A stretch of DNA of 64,000 nt from contig NC_057714.1 in assembly GCF_004010195.1 (NCBI RefSeq), positions 72,403,655 through 72,467,654 of the forward strand. The letters are read 5' to 3'. Position numbers and translations under genes: made by a program. Source of the stretch: Chiloscyllium plagiosum (lineage: Eukaryota). Within the stretch, counting starts at the first letter, position 1. Each line of letters starts with the position of its first letter. Of this stretch, positions 61,985-64,000 are shown in pieces. A model generated the notes under the pieces. That model searched no databases and was not told where the DNA came from. It saw only the letters and a program-made list of their open reading frames with translations.

Positions 61985-63832
61985 AGATCCAAGATGGCGG
62001 CAGTCTGAGTGGTCTGCTGTGCTGGGCTCTGTGCCATAGCCCTGGGCAAGGCGGACCTTTACCCCTACCTTACCAACCACCCCTAGGAGAAAGAAGTATT
62101 AATTTAAACTTACTGACTATTTGGAGCTGCTGAGATCATCTGGGACAGCTTTTAAGGAAAGGGGCCTAAAGGAGACCCTCCTACTCCATCAGGGGTGCCT
62201 GCAGCCAATGTTCAGTCTCCTGGGCTGGCCCATTTGGATCCAGCAGGACAGCAGCATTTATTCTTGGAGTTTGCCAAACACGGAGAGTAGATTCAAGCAG
62301 CAGTTGAGCCACTGTCTGCCATGCTAAAAAAAGCATGAGCAGGAAATCTAGCTGCTGGAACAAAGATTGGGGACAGTGGAGGAGAGGACTGCGGCATCGG
62401 AGACCGGAGCAGAGGTCTTGGGAGGAAGAATCCGAATGCTGGAAGACAAGGTTCGGATCCTTCAGGATCAAGTCGATGACCTGGAAAACAAAAATAAAAG
62501 GAAAAACTTATGGATCGTGGGTCTCCCGGAACGTGAGGAAGGCGACGACCTCGTCGGCTTTCTGCAGGGATGGCTGTTGAAACTTTATTGCTGGAACAGC
62601 ACAGCAGGTCAGGCAGCATCCAGGGAACAGGAGATTCGACGTTTCGGGCAGGGATGGCTCCCAAAGTTCCTGGAGTTGGAGTCTAAGTCAGGCCTAGTAA
62701 GCGTGGATCGTGCCCACCGGATCGCAACGCACAGGTCCAGGTCAGACCCGCGCCCCCGCAGGTCCAGGTGCAGCTCCTGTATTATAAACAGTTAATAGTG
62801 GAAACAGTAAGAGGATTGGGAAGGAATTCACAAGCTTTAATGTATAAAGGCTCAAAGATAATGTTTTTTTTCAGGGCTTTTCTGGAGCCCCGATTAAGAA
62901 AAGAAGGACATTTGATGATGTCAAGAAAGAATTAAGGGACCTGAACATTCAGTACTCCTTGAGGTACCTGGCTGTGTTGCGTTTCACCCATGGGAGGACA
63001 GTATATAACTTGAACTCTGCAGAAAAGGTGAAAGACTTTGTGAACGTTTTGAAATGAAAGACCTGAGCCAGGGTGGGACGGGAGGGGGATCATTGCGGAC
63101 AATGGTTTAGGGCGTTTTTTTTAAATTACCGCCCTTTCTACTTCCGTCTTGCCTCCCCTATTTTGTGGTTATTGGTTTTATATGTACAGTTTTGTTGTAA
63201 AATTGGAGTTATTTTATATATTGGTCAGTTGGGTATTATCTATTTCTTTAGTAACTGCTGTTCTCTTGATTTTGTATTGGGGTGGCTATATCAATGGCTA
63301 AGATGAGTGGGGGGGGGGGAGGAATGGGTATCCATTGTTAACTTTCAGAATGTAAATAACAACAGGTTTTCCTTATTTGTGACTTGCCTGGGACTAGGGC
63401 ATGGCCTCAGCTAGAGGGAGTTAAGATGGGAGGGGTGCTTCCTATGGGCAAGGGGGAAGGTCTCGAGCAAATTGGGGGTTATTTAGGTGTCTGTTTCAGT
63501 TAAATGTAGTGTTTTTTTTAGATGTAGTTGGTTTTATAGGAATACGTTTTAGAACTCATAGAGTCAATATCTTTATAACTCATTATACCTCAGATAATTT
63601 CCCTCCTCCTGGGAAACTACGGGCTGCCCTAGATGACCGTGGCTAGTGATTTGTTCAGGTAGTGCACCTGGAATATAAAAGGGAGCCATTCCCCCATTAA
63701 AAGAAAGGTCTGATCAAGCCTCCGGAAGGAAAGGGTGGACATTCTCCTGCTGTAGGAGACACATCTAACTGATAAGGAACATCTGAAACTGCAGCAGGGG
63801 GGTTAGACAGGGTATTTTTCTCATCCTTCAAC
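61985..63832 (+). mobile_element. L1-clade LINE 5' portion (5'UTR, ORF1, spacer, start of ORF2 APE)
   Basis: YY1-type CAAGATGGCGGC at 61990-62001; ORF1 DDLENKNKRKNLWIVGLPE...VDRAHRI; ORF2 TWNIKG...LLL*ETHL at ~63667-63770. Confidence 0.9.
62576..62647 (-). mobile_element. 72-bp PLE-terminal-repeat insert in L1 ORF1
   Basis: Perfect 12-bp target-site duplication GCAGGGATGGCT (62564-62575, 62648-62659); contains the half hammerhead CCCGAAACGTC. Confidence 0.88.
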
Positions 63833-63834
63833 TC

Positions 63835-64000
63835 GCTTCCTCTTTTTTTGAGGTATTTTAGGTGTTGGAAGTGATTTCCTCGAATTCCAAGAGCAGCAAT
63901 TTGTGTTTTCTATGCTGTTGCATTGTTTTGGAACTTTGGAAATAAAAAAGTCAAAAGAACACCAGTTTTAAAAGGGAGAAGAGCAGACAAAGGAAGCACA
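63835..64000 (+). mobile_element. Probable 5'UTR of a CR1 inserted into L1 ORF2 (runs off the window)
   Basis: L1 similarity stops abruptly; the last bases GGAAGCACA resemble the 5' end (GGCAGCACA) of the CR1 ending at 8650. Confidence 0.4.

Overview
Eukaryotic, repeat-rich DNA from a cartilaginous fish (inferred from HE1-type SINEs, DeuSINEs, and abundant CR1 and Penelope-like elements), with four N gaps. The only protein-coding host gene I can reconstruct is an intact 6-coding-exon OLAH (medium-chain S-acyl fatty acid synthase thioesterase / thioesterase II) on the minus strand (43552->23761, 765 nt, 254 aa, GHSFG nucleophile). It lies downstream of a CpG-island, ETS-rich and probably bidirectional promoter at ~46.4-46.8 kb. 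A second CpG-rich promoter with a minus-strand splice donor sits at ~3.7-3.9 kb. The rest is decayed mobile DNA: CR1 LINEs (one near full-length and nested), an L1 5' end, several Penelope-like elements (PLEs), Harbinger transposase remnants, a Gypsy gag fragment, Tigger-like MITEs and SINEs. The most notable non-genic signal is about a dozen minimal hammerhead-ribozyme motifs. They occur in PLE terminal repeats and in tiny (70-200 bp) non-coding inserts, some with target-site duplications and some folded back on themselves.
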